Of a stretch of DNA of 64,000 nucleotides, positions 63,116 through 64,000 are shown piece by piece. A model generated the notes under the pieces. That model did no database searches. It had not been told where the DNA came from and saw only the letters and a program-made list of their open reading frames with translations. Position numbers and translations under genes: made by a program. The first letter of the stretch is position 1. Every line of letters starts with the position of its first letter. Origin of the DNA: Macrostomum lignano (lineage: Eukaryota); assembly GCA_002269645.1 (NCBI GenBank), contig NIVC01000958.1, positions 124,001-188,000 of the forward strand. Direction: 5' to 3'.

Positions 63116-64000
63116 TATTGTTTGAAAAATAAATGAATATCACTACTCTGGATGTAAAAGTAGATTTCAAATATTTCCAAGAGTACTCACATGCACATGC
63201 CTAAAAGAACCTCAGAGGCCAGTATATGCAGACACACGCATTTAACATTTAACATTTAATGAGCATGTATGAGCATGTAGCATATATTTAAATTGCATGT
63301 AACGTATTTTTAAGTTATCACAGATTTCACAAAAAGTATAAGAGTGCGAGCTACACACCATTTACAATTTAAACCAGTCATTTACTTTGTCCATCCTAGG
63401 CGGAAGTGAAACTGGGTCTCCATGAGACTCCGTAACTACATGTACGGGTAAATTGGTCTCTACTGCTATTGGCTGATCAGATAGAGAGAATTGGCGGATC
63501 AACATCGGCATTGAAGCTTTTTTCATGTCCAAGACGTCGTCGCGCTATTACGAGCATATACTGTGCCAGTGCCATCAAAGTAAGGACAGGCGCGATAACC
63601 GCAGTAACCCCAATTAAAACCATGGGTAGCATATGCTCGTTCGTTTAGGAATATGACTAGTTTGTAGCTGGGCAGCCGGAAGCATCCAGGTGTGAACGGC
63701 ACGGCTGAAGTCTCCGCATCTGTTTCCGATCGCATCCGGGAAGCTGATCAGAGCCAGAAGCTACTCACTGCAGTCCGTGAAGTTCACCAGCCCGAGTACC
63801 TCGCCATCAATGGTGAGATTGACAGCTCTGAGCGAGCCGCAGGAGACAGAGGAGTTCTTAGTCTTGACAACATGGTACCTGGAATTCAAGTGTTAGGAGT
63901 TTGGGATTTGTATGCGATTTGACTAGCAAGCAAGATTAGCAAAATTTTATGACTATTGACTAACGATTACTCTCGAGTTAAGAAACTCACAGCTTATCAG

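Noticed and set aside
63500-63922. Possible host exon(s) at the window end
   Set aside because: Short ORFs with no recognisable motif or paralog in the window.

Overview
Repeat-rich eukaryotic (invertebrate-like) genomic DNA with no prokaryotic features. The right half is one integrated Polinton/Maverick (adintovirus-like) element at 30417-59008. It has AG...CT termini, ~555-bp TIRs and a 6-bp AGAAAA TSD. It encodes penton, hexon, packaging ATPase, adenain-type protease, protein-primed PolB, rve integrase, a parvovirus-type PLA2 and an adenovirus pX-like protein. It carries a 4.7-kb internal tandem duplication and a few single-base lesions. Inside its left TIR sits a young, full-length Gypsy/Ty3 LTR retrotransposon (30710-39671; CATC TSD, tRNA-Lys PBS, -1 frameshift signal). 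This Gypsy carries an extra ORF in the env position encoding an HPD-containing DnaJ/J-domain protein, preceded by a 44-bp repeat array; this is the most unusual signal in the window. The left half holds a decayed THAP/P-element transposon with a solo LTR and an RNase H-bearing LINE nested in it (the LINE itself carries a MITE-like insert). It also holds a CORE-type tRNA SINE, several minisatellites and two collinear paralogous host membrane-protein genes (CUB-like/C-type-lectin-like/TM) on the minus strand. All family calls come from motif recognition by eye; no database searches were run.
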